Below, piece after piece: positions 10,253-22,606 of a DNA stretch of 57,924 bases (position 1 is its first letter; each line of letters starts with the position of its first letter). The notes beneath the pieces are model-generated. The model had not been told where the DNA came from, did not search any database, and saw nothing but the letters and a program-made list of their open reading frames with translations. The stretch spans positions 1 to 57,924 of the forward strand of contig NMRA01001089.1 of NCBI GenBank assembly GCA_002633005.1, in the 5' to 3' direction. Both the position numbers and the translations under genes were made by a program. Source of the stretch: Phoronis australis. Its lineage: Eukaryota; Animalia; Phoronida.

Positions 10253-13206
10253 ATTTGACTCCTTGTTATTGTACTTGAGGTTCCTTTTCCTGCTTTATGG
10301 CTTTGAGAAATCACTTCTGAAATTTAACATAAAAGCTATAAAAATTATTTTGTAATGAAGCATGAATGGCTTATGCGCCCCCTTTTGGCATTATTTATCT
10401 CTAGTAAACGGTGTCAACTGCCTTCACAAGAATTTGGACTGTGGACAAAAAAGCCCGGATCTACGGAATTGAAAGCGGAATTGAAATTTTAAAAATTGTT
10501 CGTATCTATGCATGTCGTATTTTATTCTATTCGATGTTGCGTAGGATTTTGACGAGACCTCAGGTTGAGCTACATGAGCTGTGCTCTCAGTCAGTTGAAG
10601 TGGTAGACGAAAGTAAAACGTAAGGCCTGCTAAAACTTTGTGATTTAGGTTAACTTTAGTCTGTGGTTAATTTAGATGTATCAATGCAAACATTGGTGTA
10701 TTGGTTTTTGTTGAGATATTTTTAAGACTTTTATTAAACCTGAAACATGGTTAAGTTTCTGAGCAAAAGTGGCGACAAAGTTGAGACAAATTGTTTTTTT
10801 ATTTTTTAGAAAAAGTCCAGGTATAACAAATTTTCTATTTTTTGAGTTAGGTCAACCCAAGAGTTAATAATACCTACGATAAGTTACCAATTTCAAAATT
10901 CGTGACAAGTAATGTTCCCAGATTTATGTAGAGACATTTTACTCAAAAAAGAATGTGTCATTCATACTAGAGATGCCAATGTCAACACAGTCGAAAAATT
11001 GTAACAGAGATAAAGATATTAGAACCAATGTCATGTCTTCCATGACTCAGACAGTCGGAATAAGGTGTCATTTTTATCATCCATGTTCTTGACACTTGAG
11101 CCTATATTTCTCTCAATGTCATGTCATAGTCAATACCATACCCTCGTAATGTAAGTCAAAATTCAACATCAAAAAGCCGGTACTTGCAGAAAGTGCACAA
11201 CATGCGAGTCCATGAATTTGTCCACCATCTTGAATATTTAATTAGATAGAGTAAACAAACCGATTCACATGCGTTGAAACAAATTTCTATAAACATCAAC
11301 TATGCCATTTTCAGGATTGTCTCAAATACATGTTAAAAACCATCCGTTTTCAAGTTTGAAGCGAATAAAAATGCCGATATGGTATGTTGTCGGCAAATAT
11401 TTGGTACCTCCGGTAATTATAACTAGGGTAATTTTTGCCTCCTATGCATCACTAGACATGATTTCTCAATACTGATGATGTCACTATCCTAGACTGTGAG
11501 GAAGGGGTGTAAAAGAAGCTCTCCATGGACGCATCAAGAGTCCCTCTCTGAATAAACGAGGTGGTGGTTCTATCTGTCACACTTATAGGATAGTGTTCTG
11601 TCCTCAATACTGCGTCGTTTAATGGTTTAAACGCCACTTATTAGCCAGAATAATAATATTATCACTAGTCGAGCTGAAGTCAGTGAAAGATCCACGCAAC
11701 TTCGCTAACTCTAGTAAGTTACTTTCTAATTCTGGTATTAGATTCAATTTTTTTTCTGTATTTTCTCAACTGGATGTCTCAAAACTTTCATGCTTTTGTC
11801 TGACGAGTATTATGAACATTCATCTTGACAATGGTTTAGTGACAATAAACTGAAATGTCATTTAATACAATGTCTTTGTTTACAAATGATGAGTTTATTT
11901 CAATTTTTGAACATTGATTGCTATGAAATTTGCAATACTTGCTATTTGATACCTTCCGAAGGGAACAGCTAGGGTCTCAGAATCTCGATTTAGGTCCTAC
12001 TGTTTAGGATTGAAGCCTTCAAAAATCAAGAGTGTGGCCGTTTTTGCTCGAAATTCTCTAAGAAGTTGATAATTAAAGAACTAAGACCTAGTTAAAAAAT
12101 CTGAGACGTGATTCCCTTGAATGCCAACGTGTTGACAAATGACCAGTATACAATATTTTTATAATCTATTCGAAGACAAGAAAAAAGTGTTTACCAAAAA
12201 CATTTCTATCGTGAAAAGTAAAGACGGGAAATAAGAATAATGAATTTTGTTAGGAGATTCATTCACCTTTCAGGAGATCTATACTTTGTAGAGATTGCAG
12301 CCAACAGAATTTAAGGTATTTGCACATATTAAGTACATACCTGGTAAACAAGGTTCACAGTTACCTTAAGACCCTTCTAACATTGTCCAGGCTGTGATCA
12401 GCACACAGAATTCTAGGTCATATGAATACCCTACAGTATTTGAAGAGGTTGCATTTACCCTATTTATTCCCAATTGTAAACTGTTTCTCACCTGTTGTCT
12501 TGTGTGCCATGTAAATATAATACCAAGCACATATTGATATTATACAAGTTTAACTTTGTCACAACCTTTCTGACTCAATGCAATACTTACGTTTTGAAGG
12601 TTCAAATTTCAAAAAGCAGCTGGCTTGCCGTTTACGTACATATGTTAACTTCTAGAAAAATCTAAGCTATTTCCTGCTTGAGAAAGCCCTGGCCAATCAG
12701 AAAAAGGCTTTCAAGGGGAACTAATTCCAGTTGTACCACCATAGAACTAGAACTGGTTACATAGTCCAGTACTTTGTTCATGGTTTAATAACTATGCTGT
12801 TGTCATCATTTTTAAACAATTCAACGCATACACATATACTGGTAAAAATATGATTTTACATATAAAAAGTATTTCAAGCTTGACTGCGTGCCTTTACTTT
12901 TAAGTGAACGGACCTGCCACTAAATGAAAATATAAATTTATCTACTGAGCTACATAACCATTTTACAAGCACTCTTGGGACATACAAAAGTGGGACAGGT
13001 TGCTGTCAGTATACCACCATACAAACAAATGTACAGAATATACAGCAGATAAATTATAACTCAATGTGATTTTAATTGAGACAAAAATGTTTTGTAACCC
13101 CACAGCCAAATACCATGTCAAAATGTGGTAAAATTTTAAGAGTATTGTAAATCCATTCAGTGTGGGTTGGAATATAATGCTTCAAGGCAGATAGTGTGGC
13201 ATTTGC

Positions 13207-14080
13207 TACTTGGCGGAATTCTTCGAATTCCGACAAGTATGTTGCTCTGTCGTCAAGTTTTTTTACTTGGCGGAATTCTTCCGCCAAGTATGTTGGTCTG
13301 ACAGCAAGTTTTTTTTTGTTTGTTCGCACTCTACAAGTCGCAATTTTCGTCCGATTTTCATGAAATTTGCACACGACGTGTAGATCAGAAAGTCCTGGAA
13401 GCCTATTGTTTTTGGTCATGATACAAAATTGGAGATGTGGCGGCCATTTTGTATCCGATTTCACAGTCAAATGCTCGTAGAGGCTGCATTTTTCGACGTA
13501 CATGGCTGAAATTCGGTGCGATTATACTAGAACGCATGTGCTACAAGTGTGCAGAAAATCGATGACTTCCAGTCAAAGATGGCGGAAATATTGGATGTGG
13601 CGCATGCGCACCCCGAAATATGGCCAAAAACATTTTCTCCTGTAGAGGGCGCATTTGCGAACCAATCACATTCAAGCTGGTCACGTGTTTGTTGAGTTTA
13701 ATAAGCTTTTATAAAAGTTTATTGAACTGGAAGTCACTTTCAAGATGGCGGCTGTGGCGCATGTTCACACGGTTTCAATCGTTCTGCTGTCACGTTTTTA
13801 ACGGGAAGAGCAAATGACGTGAATTTTTACATGTGGATTACTTTTAGTATGGCCTTTCAAAAAGTCTGCGGGAGCGTATTTCTCAGACTTACTGTTTTCG
13901 ACTTATTTGACTTTGAATTTCAAAAAAACGGCAAATTTTCAATTTTTTCGAAAATTTTTTGGATTTTGCCAAACTATCACTTTAGAAAGAGTTTTGAATG
14001 AGCTTCCAGAAGATATTTTCCATTTTGCGCTACGTCATCTACTTTTTGAATTATTCGAGATTTTTGGATACCATTGTTCC
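13207..14080. mobile_element. Non-autonomous Helentron-like (HINE/DINE-1-type) element with terminal hairpins
   Basis: Two tandem hairpins: 13207-13239 (14/15-bp stem) and 13264-13290 (perfect 12-bp stem TACTTGGCGGAA-ttc-TTCCGCCAAGTA). These are followed by a T-tract, tttg repeats and a ccgattttcatgaaatttg core. The right boundary is approximate. Confidence 0.55.
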
Positions 14081-14093
14081 TTTGGTCACCTAT

Positions 14094-15118
14094 AGACTCT
14101 ATTCACGCGGCAGCCATTAAAATCCAAAGCGAGGCTCACTGCGATAAACAAAGCGGAAATTTACATTGCGTGAGTTAAATGGCCGGTCTTTGGAGTCCAA
14201 CCTGAATATTAAATCTTAAAAAATGTGTCAATAATTAACCACAGAGACGTAGAAAAAAATACAGTTAAAGAACAAGTCAATGCACCAAAGAGTTGTCTGA
14301 CGAAAGGATATAGGTTTTTTTCCGGAAAACTAGGTTCGAAACATGAAAAGTAAACATGACCAAATTGCGGCGATCGTAGTGTTACGGATTAGGTATCATG
14401 CTGAATGCAGGGTTACGTTTCTTCTAATAAATTCTTGATAAAAATGCTTTCTACACGAACCAGGTCATCTGGTCGTATTGTTGACGNGAACCTGTTTTCC
14501 CCATTCGTCCGCTACCGGTCCTAGCTCGAACTAAGTTTCCTCCCGCTTCACGTTTTGTTGGTTTATTTTGCTTGCGGCAGTCAAGGGGGGAGCCCTGCCC
14601 CCCCCCCCAAGTCCGCCTATGACTTTGTACTTTTTCAAATTGTCACCTCTGTGGTCACAGGTGATTTGAACCGTTGGAGAGAGATTTTCAATCACAAAGG
14701 GGATTTTTAGGCCTCGTGACCGGGAATTTCGCGTGGTTTTTCAATATTTTTGAGAGGGGTATAGGGCCGATATTTGGCCCCAAAATTGAGGGCCCTTTCC
14801 TTTTTGTAAAGAAAAATGCATCGCGCTTCAGCCCATAGTCATGAAAACACAGCCTGGCTGGCCGAAGATTCTCCGGTCCTCGTTGCTATGGCGGCATCCA
14901 GTCCGACATGCAACAAATTCTGATTCGAAAACAGTTATGAATTTTACACGGACATATTTTCCTTCGTCGCGGCGTATGGCAAGTACCCAACGCTTCTGAA
15001 TCCCAACGTCCTTTGGGATTGTAAAACAGAGCGGAGTACAACTACGCGGATAAGCCACCAGAGCTATCGTAGCGAGCCTCGTTTAGGAACGCGCCTCCTG
15101 TCGGTGTGAATAGGGTCT
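14094..15118 (-). mobile_element. Degenerate TIR DNA transposon carrying a THAP-domain relic
   Basis: TIRs AGACTCTATTCAC...cgaggctc (14094-14137) and gagcctcg...GTGAATAGGGTCT (15074-15118). The internal minus-strand ORF 14828-15058 reads FTIPKDVGIQKRWVLAIRRDEGKYVRVKFITVFESEF, matching the THAP F..P.D....W..AIRR pattern, but the CxxHF zinc ligands are lost. Confidence 0.65.
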
Positions 15119-15206
15119 GTGCAAGCACTCAGCTAGCTGGCTTTCAGTTCACTTTGTTTTGGTTATGCCTTGTTGACCCCGACTGACCCAGCCAGCACTG
15201 TCCTAA

Positions 15207-15713
15207 AGGGTCTTTCATACTAACGTCGACGCGCCGATGGTTTGGGGAGCTGCGGTCAGTATGAACGCTTAACTCTGGTCCTGGATCACAGTTAAGAGCT
15301 CCAGTTAACATCGCAGTTAATAGGTGGATTTAAGACCGCAGCATCGACGCTGCAGTGCAGTATGAACGCTTAACTCCGGTCCAATCGAAGTTATCGTCGC
15401 CAGGTGCCACTGTTATCGTCAACAGTTGCAGAGTAGTGCCGTCACTAATAACTACTTATTTTTTGCTTTAATGATAACCAATCAATTTAGAAATGAGTTT
15501 TATGTCATTTAGCACATTGAAATGTTCCAAATTGTCACATTAAAAAATCTTAGCGTGCAGCGCTACCTTGCGATAACTTCGATGACGTCAGCGTCACCAA
15601 CCCTTTACTTCGATGGTCATTAACTACCGAAGCCAGTATGAACGGTCCAGTTAACTGCGCTGTTTACGTCGACCCTCTGCTCAGACCGGAGTTAAGTCAA
15701 TATGAAAGGGCCT
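15207..15713. mobile_element. PIF/Harbinger-like MITE
   Basis: TIRs AGGGTCTTTCATACTAAC and GTCAATATGAAAGGGCCT in a TAA/TA context, with internal repeats of cagtatgaacgcttaactc(t/c)ggtcc (~15257, ~15358). Confidence 0.65.
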
Positions 15714-16811
15714 ATACTGTAGACTGGAATTCCAGGCCAAATACTTATTGTAAACATAACTTTGCTCTGCAGACTATCACATAACGCCACCTATTTTGGA
15801 ATGTGGGAACAAAGCATGGCTCGTCCGTCATGTTACTCCATCTATTGTTCTTTATTGTAGTTGATTGTATGCTCTCTATTTGATTTCTTCGCTAGTCACA
15901 TGAATATTATCGTGTTATTCATAATTGCCGCCTTGATCTTCATGATATTCGTCGTCCTCCCCATCGTCATCGTTTCGATTAATTCCTCCAAGTGTCGCTC
16001 CTCCGAGCGCTCTCGTTTTTGATTCGTTTGAAATTTCAGGAGCCTGCTTCCTCCAGGACATTCTTTATCTTATAAATTCAGTAATCCACCTTTGTATGTC
16101 CTTGGAGTAATTAACATTTGTTTTAATGTCTGAATCAACTAAGTTTGAGTTTTTTACCATCAACCTGTTTTATGGTGTAGATATGTAAAAATGTTTCCCT
16201 GAAATGGTTTGGAGCTTTTTGTTTTTGTTATTATGAATGAATATAGCAATACAATGTTTACTTGTCATCCACCTGTTTGTTATTTGCAAAACAGGAGTAC
16301 TAGTAGATTCAAATCTGGAAATGAAAACTAGCAGACAATTCTTATTAAGTAATAATTACTCCAACTTTGAAATGGATAGAATGGTGATAGATACAAAAAT
16401 GGGTAATAAATTCCCATTGGCATACACCTGCTGAATAAGTTGTATTGGCATGGCTGATCGCGCTTGTGTAGTTCCATTAGAAGACATGTATGGTAATTCT
16501 TCTTATTTGGCTCAGAAGATGGCTGACAAGTGAACGTTTACTTTGTTTTTCCACAAGGTAAAGATCAAGAACAATTTTTGTCTATTACAATGGTTTGCAG
16601 TTTGTAGATGTCATAAAACAACTTTTGAAGAAAAATGGACACTTTGGTAATTACTTTTGTGCGAAATAAGTGGATTATCGTACTCAATTTTTATATTATT
16701 CTTAGAATGAAGAGATTAAGAGGTATTGCTGTCTTGCTGATCCTGTATGTAATTTTTAACTCCTGTTAATGATAAATGCATTGTTCTTAACTTCTACTTT
16801 TACGTCTTCAG

Positions 16812-19800
16812 TGGTGACGGACACTCTCCAAATAGGAAAGACCATGAAGATCTCTGACAGTGGTTTGGATGCAGGAAGGTATTCTATTGTTCTCTAGGGG
16901 CTCTCACATAGGTGGCGTATACTATGGATATGCTGATTAGATACCCAATGGAAAGGTGGTTTTGTATGCATGCGTTCATGTGTGGGTGCATATTGCTGTC
17001 ATCTCTTAGCGCCCTAATTGGTGAAGACTTTTGGATGAATCCAATGACCTGTCTTATTAAATGAGGAAACCACAACTCATGTTGATTTTCAGACGGATCA
17101 AACTGTTGTGGAAATATTTTAAAACACGATTGCCCCTCATATATTTGTGATATGAACAGTGGGCGCATGCCGAAGTTTTCTGCTGAGAATCCCTGGCCGT
17201 ATATTAACAAAATATCAGTTTAGGGACCAAAGTCAATTACAAAATATGATGAATATATGCTCAGGTGTTTCAATACTGTAGCCAGCAGTAATTTAAAACC
17301 AAGGGAGTAAATAAACAACATTGTTGATGTATGGTTACCCCAGTTACTTTTCCTTTAATGGGTGGAAGGTTAAGTGGGATGACTAGACAAGCGGAAGCAG
17401 TGATGGTTGTGGACAATATCTGTGGAGAGCTGGGTTGTAATACCAAGCATCATTAGCAGATGAATGGGGCCTGCATGTCTACGACTTCTGGAACCTCTCT
17501 CAGGAAGAGCCTAACTTTCAAATCGGGTATTTCAATGGGCCCAACCTATGTGACCCGCGCAAGTCCAATGAAATTTAGATATGGACCACCTGCATTCTTT
17601 TTATGATTGTCCCCACAACTAGAAGTTTATTGTTGAAAATGTTACTACTACCGTAGTTATGGTTTGGTGTCCATTTCCTATTAAGCTGAAGAAAGTTTTT
17701 GGATCCAACCATGGATATCTTTTACAAATATATTTGATGCCCTGGGCATACCTGCAGAAAACTTTCCTTGCATACGCCCACTAGGTGCATGCGCCTGTCT
17801 CCAGAAAACTCCGGTATCGATGCTGTCCGTTGCTCTTATTCTGGGTTATGTGATGTATGGATCCCTGCTGTGGAAAGGTAATGTCTAAATAATTTGATGT
17901 ATGGATAAATAAAAACTTGGCTTGCACTGGGCATTACTTTTGTTCCTTTTTCATAGGCTTCAGTGTTCACGGGCTTGCTGCCTTTGAAGCAAGCTATTTG
18001 TTCAGTCTATGGTAACTTATCAGGTAGTAGGTTACAAACAAAGTTGATACAAACAGTAAAGTATCACCAATTTAGGACACAATATGGCTGACAAACAAAG
18101 TTCATATTTTTCATTTTTTATGAAAGTAGTAACAAATGAATGCTAAATTTTTTAATGATCCGTACCATATCTACCTTAAGACTGTGATTCTGAGACACCG
18201 TGGGAGTTCATTTCAAAGTTAGAAACCATTGAAAAATGATAAAAACAGATTTTTGAATTACATTTGTTCAAAGTGGGTGAGATTTTACTTCAGTAGGCCA
18301 AAATTATCTGAATTTTTTTCCTGAGAAATTCGCCAAAATAAAATTTCGCTCATCTGTAGCAGTCTACTGCATAGCGTTATGAGGATCAATGATAATCTGT
18401 GTTTCACTTTCAGTACCTATGTACTGCTGCGATGCAGTGGCTGCAAAGCAGACCTGGGCAAAGTGTACAAGTCAACTGTCAGGGGCTTGGATGATATCAG
18501 AGGACTCTATACACTGAAAGTGGACTCTCTCTCAAGGTAAATCACGTCAAACTGTATGCTTACATTTTGGGTTCCGGAATCAAAAAAGTACCCGGTTACC
18601 ATGATGTAAGTCATGAGCTGTTACACAGGGCAGGCTTAGAGGAAGGATGGGGGTTTAACTAAGCTTGTAATTTTTTCATGAGATAAATCGTTCGATAGCA
18701 TTCGGGTTTTGTTGCCACAACAGCTAAGTGAGACCTGAAGCCAGACTAACTAGCCTGTCGTAATAAATTCATAAATTAATGCTCCATTCTCGGACCAGGC
18801 TGAAAGAAAGTTTTTCTCTCCTTACCTTATATGAGTAGTGAAAGTTCAAAGGATAAACATCATGTCCCGAGAGTATTGGGCCAAGTAACACCTGCTGTGG
18901 AACCTGTTGTTATTTTATTGCCAATAACCTTCGATCCAATTAATTCCAGACGCCGACCCATAATCGATCTAATGTTGTGTATTGTTTGAGCTATATTGAC
19001 TGTAATGCATCATTTTTGGCATGACTGGAATGAATTGCAAACATCGATTTCAAATGTTGTTGAAGCTAACCTGTTACTGGCTGAAAAGCGTGTCCTGCTA
19101 TTTGCATACTTTGTGTATCATTGTTTTGAAATTATTCACATATTGACTAGCTCAGTACTCTGTTCATACTTGTTCCAAGTCTTCATGTATTCCTGTACTT
19201 AAGAGATTTCACCCAATTTTATTTGGCGTTGTCGAAACATGGAAAAGTATGAAATCTAGAGAATCACCCCTCGACTTGTTGGGAGTTTTTGAAACCATTT
19301 TACATTGAACATAAGTTCAAGCAGAGCTGGAATGTGCGAATGTGAGAGTGAATGTGTTTGTGTTTGTTTTTTTTTCTTTTCTTTTCTACTCTATTCCATT
19401 GTAATTTTTGTTTCTGCAAATTAATAAACTTATTCATCTGACGCAAACAAGTCAAGATATTTTTGAAATTCATCCTGGTACGGGAATTGGGGATAGTTAG
19501 GCCTATAAAAGATCTTAAACCCAGTCGCAAAGCGTCTAAAGCCGCGCACCGTACCAGTGACTGCTGGCAATTCATCGGAGACACAACTTTAACATCCTTC
19601 GCCACAGCAATAATAACTCTTGGGCTGTCTCCGATGAGTCCATTCATTCTTGAATGATGTTTAGATAAAAAATTATTGGCATGACTTGCTGGATTTTGAA
19701 ATATAGACTTGAACATTCTAAGGATAAAAACAGTTCTGTTAATAGCCATGTGATAGATGCTGGTGACAAGATAGATTTTGGCATCAATAAAATTTCAGAT

Positions 19801-22267
19801 CAGATGCTTGTAAATTACGTCTGTTTGTGAAAGAAAGTTTCAAAATTATAGAACACAAACCCCAACTCAATAGAATGTCGTAATCCAATGACAGACAGCT
19901 GGTCACATGGTCTTTGCATGTTGTGTGTATTCATTCTCTTGATAATACAGCTCAGTGGAAGTTGTGAAACCTTGCGTACTTTTAATAAAAATGGAATTTT
20001 ATATAACCTTGATCGTCAGTTTGATCCTCCAGTGAAAGTTAAGTCTAATTTTGTTGAAGGTCAACCGTTTTTCTTTGTTCAAATTTTTGGTGATAGTATG
20101 TCATACAAAACACATCATCATAACATCTGATGAACATGATTTGGAACTAGTATTTTTAAATATTGGTTAGTGTCAGGCATGCTGTTTACAACCAACAGTA
20201 AATAGTGGATTACTTGAGCTTATCAGATGAACACATTCAGTGAGAGAGCTGGACTATGCAAACATTGCCAGCTTTCTCCCCTTGCTATCACTGTCAAACT
20301 GATAATGACATGGCCGTAATCAAAGATCCCCCAGAGTTCAACCCTTAAGGCGGAAACGTAACGTTTTTTATGACATCATTGTCTCGTAGCAGTGATGTTA
20401 TCAAAATGACGTGAGTACTTATAGTGCTGTTGTTATTGTTATCGTAATTGTCGTTGTTATTGTTGCTGTTAGTTTATCATTATGACAACTGTCTTATTGT
20501 CTGTATAGTTACCAACTGAGCAACCCTACAGATGGCGTCGCTATTGAAGATCACCAGAAGTACTCAAACGACAGTAAAGCAATGTATGAACAGATTGTTA
20601 AAGTAAGAAATTTCATTAGTTTCAAAAGAATGTTGAATTTTTTTAAATCTCTTTAGTTTGTCAAAACTAAACTAAAAAGGTCAAAATGAGACCAAAAAAT
20701 AAAACAAATAAATTTTATTTGAAAATTTGCCGGAAATTTTTGTTCTGAAATTTTGTCAATTTTTGATTTGAAGAAATTTTGGATTACTTTGATTTTAAAA
20801 ACTATTGTAACAACTTAACTGTGACTAAAACATAGTGGCCAGTCTTTCCATTTCCTTCTGTTTAATAAATTCTAAGGAATTGTCCATTTTCTAGTTGTGT
20901 CGTGGTGTCTTTATAATGTTCCTCTGCCAAATTCGGTGCTTCACACAGAAAGTATTCTGGTGAAAATTGCACGCATATTATGGAATGGAAATGGAACTAT
21001 GATTTTATGATTTCTTGGAGCAGTTGTAGGCCTGTCATCTGCAAAAAAGAACTGTTGATTTAGGATACTTGAGGTATAGCATGAAAATAGTTTCAGGTGA
21101 TCTAAGTGCAATAGGCCCAACTTAGCAGCTTGTTCACATCTGGTACAAGGTGTACCTGACCACCTGCAATTATTAGTATTTTTTATCAGATACTTGCCAC
21201 TATAAATCTTGTCATAACTTGTCGCTTACTCAGATTTGAGATGATTCCTGGGCTTGGGATGAGCTTGCAGTTTATTATTATTTGAGATCAGACTCTAAAA
21301 TTTGTTTTTTCGCTGTGTGTCATTTTTTGCATGGAGCATGGGCTCAAGTGCTACCGAACTGTGTGTTCTCCATAGCCCAGTAATTGACCTATCGCCAGGA
21401 TTTTGAGTGACGGCTTAACTGACCAATCAGAACGCAGCATTCTTGACGCATCTGCATTTCCATGCTGCCATTTGGCCCGACAAACAACACGTTGTTTGTT
21501 TGTCGACATTTCGCAAGGGGGCAAAGCTTGCGAAAGGTCAATCATTCCTCATTTGAAGGAACAGTTTGAAACCAATTTTATCGTGGAAAGTGATCTTAAT
21601 CAAAAGTTAGGTTTCTGTCAGCCAAAAGCAGGTTTAGTGCTGCTTTAAAATGTTCATCAATTATAATGGCAAATGTGTTGTATTCAAATGGATTTTGTTG
21701 TGGACATAGATTTATGTGATCGGTGGTGTGTTCATTTTTGCAGTTACCGGTATGTTAAATTCTGTTGTGTCTAATTCCATTCCATTTTTGAACGATATTT
21801 TGTCCCTTCATAGTTTTGAAATTAAATGATTTTCATTTATATTGATTATGATCATTATTTTGATACTGAAGCTAAGTATTGCCTTTCCAAAATATTTACA
21901 TCTTTTGCCTTTAGGTATCAACTGCGTGCACTGTACTGTGAGGTCTGTGTAGACAAAATGATATTTAGAACCCATACTTTTATGTAACTTGTTAATAAAA
22001 TTGTTTGTTTCGGGTTCCTATGAATGATAATCTTATTTATTGGTGCATGTGACAAATTCCAAAATGAAGGCTGGCTGGCTGGCTTCGGTAGACTCCTTGT
22101 TCGTGCATTTTGCATTTTACGGTATGAAGCTCTCCTTTAAAAACATGTTGATGGCATTTCCTGAACATTATTTTCTTCAGCTGCAAAGTGTCTGTGTTCA
22201 TCTGAGCCACAGGTTGTCTGTGATTGAGAATCAGTTGGGAATACAGTCTGATATGGAAGGCCAATGA
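16812..22267 (+). CDS. MIS18A: Mis18 (Yippee/Mis18 domain centromere-licensing factor, Mis18-alpha-like); 5'-partial, 4 exons
   Basis: Exons 16812-16878, 18414-18536, 20509-20602 and 22181-22267 all have AG/GT borders and compatible phases (1-2-2-0). They read VTDTLQIGKTMKISDSGLDAGS|TYVLLRCSGCKADLGKVYKSTVRGLDDIRGLYTLKVDSLSS|YQLSNPTDG...MYEQIVK|LQSVCVHLSHRLSVIENQLGIQSDMEGQ*. This matches the Mis18 pattern LxCxxCxxxLGxVY...LDxxRxLF/Y...SYxL plus the C-terminal helix. The exon with the first CxxC was not found. Confidence 0.88.
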
Positions 22268-22600
22268 GTCCCATATGTTGTCTGTGACTAGGTTTTAATG
22301 AGATGAACAACAGATGGAGCTTGTGATGGGCTCTAGATGGAAGTATTGACAGTGTGTCAGCTGTAATTTAATAGACCATCAATTATGCTCTCCACATATC
22401 ACAGTACACTACTTCAAAGTGTTTTGCTGTCAAGGATTGGATATGAACATCTGGGAAAATCACAGCTGATAAAATACAGTGCTATTCCGAGATATTTTTG
22501 TATGAAATGAAGTGATGTAACTGGGATTTTATGACCTGTAAGTGTGTTATGCTGGTTGGATTCTGTTCTGTTATCTTGTTTAAACTATTTTTTGTTTTTC

Positions 22601-22606
22601 AATAAA
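22601..22606 (+). promoter_or_regulatory. Probable poly(A) signal of Mis18
   Basis: AATAAA about 335 nt downstream of the Mis18 stop codon. Confidence 0.55.

Noticed and set aside
13072-13503. 143-aa ORF with an internal repeat (TYLxEEFRQV)
   Set aside because: The repeat comes from the duplicated DNA hairpins of the HINE-like element, not from protein constraint.
16516-16557. Mini-exon with ATGGCTGACAAG as the Mis18 start
   Set aside because: An in-frame TGA follows after four codons and there is no CxxC. It could at most be a non-coding or cryptic exon.
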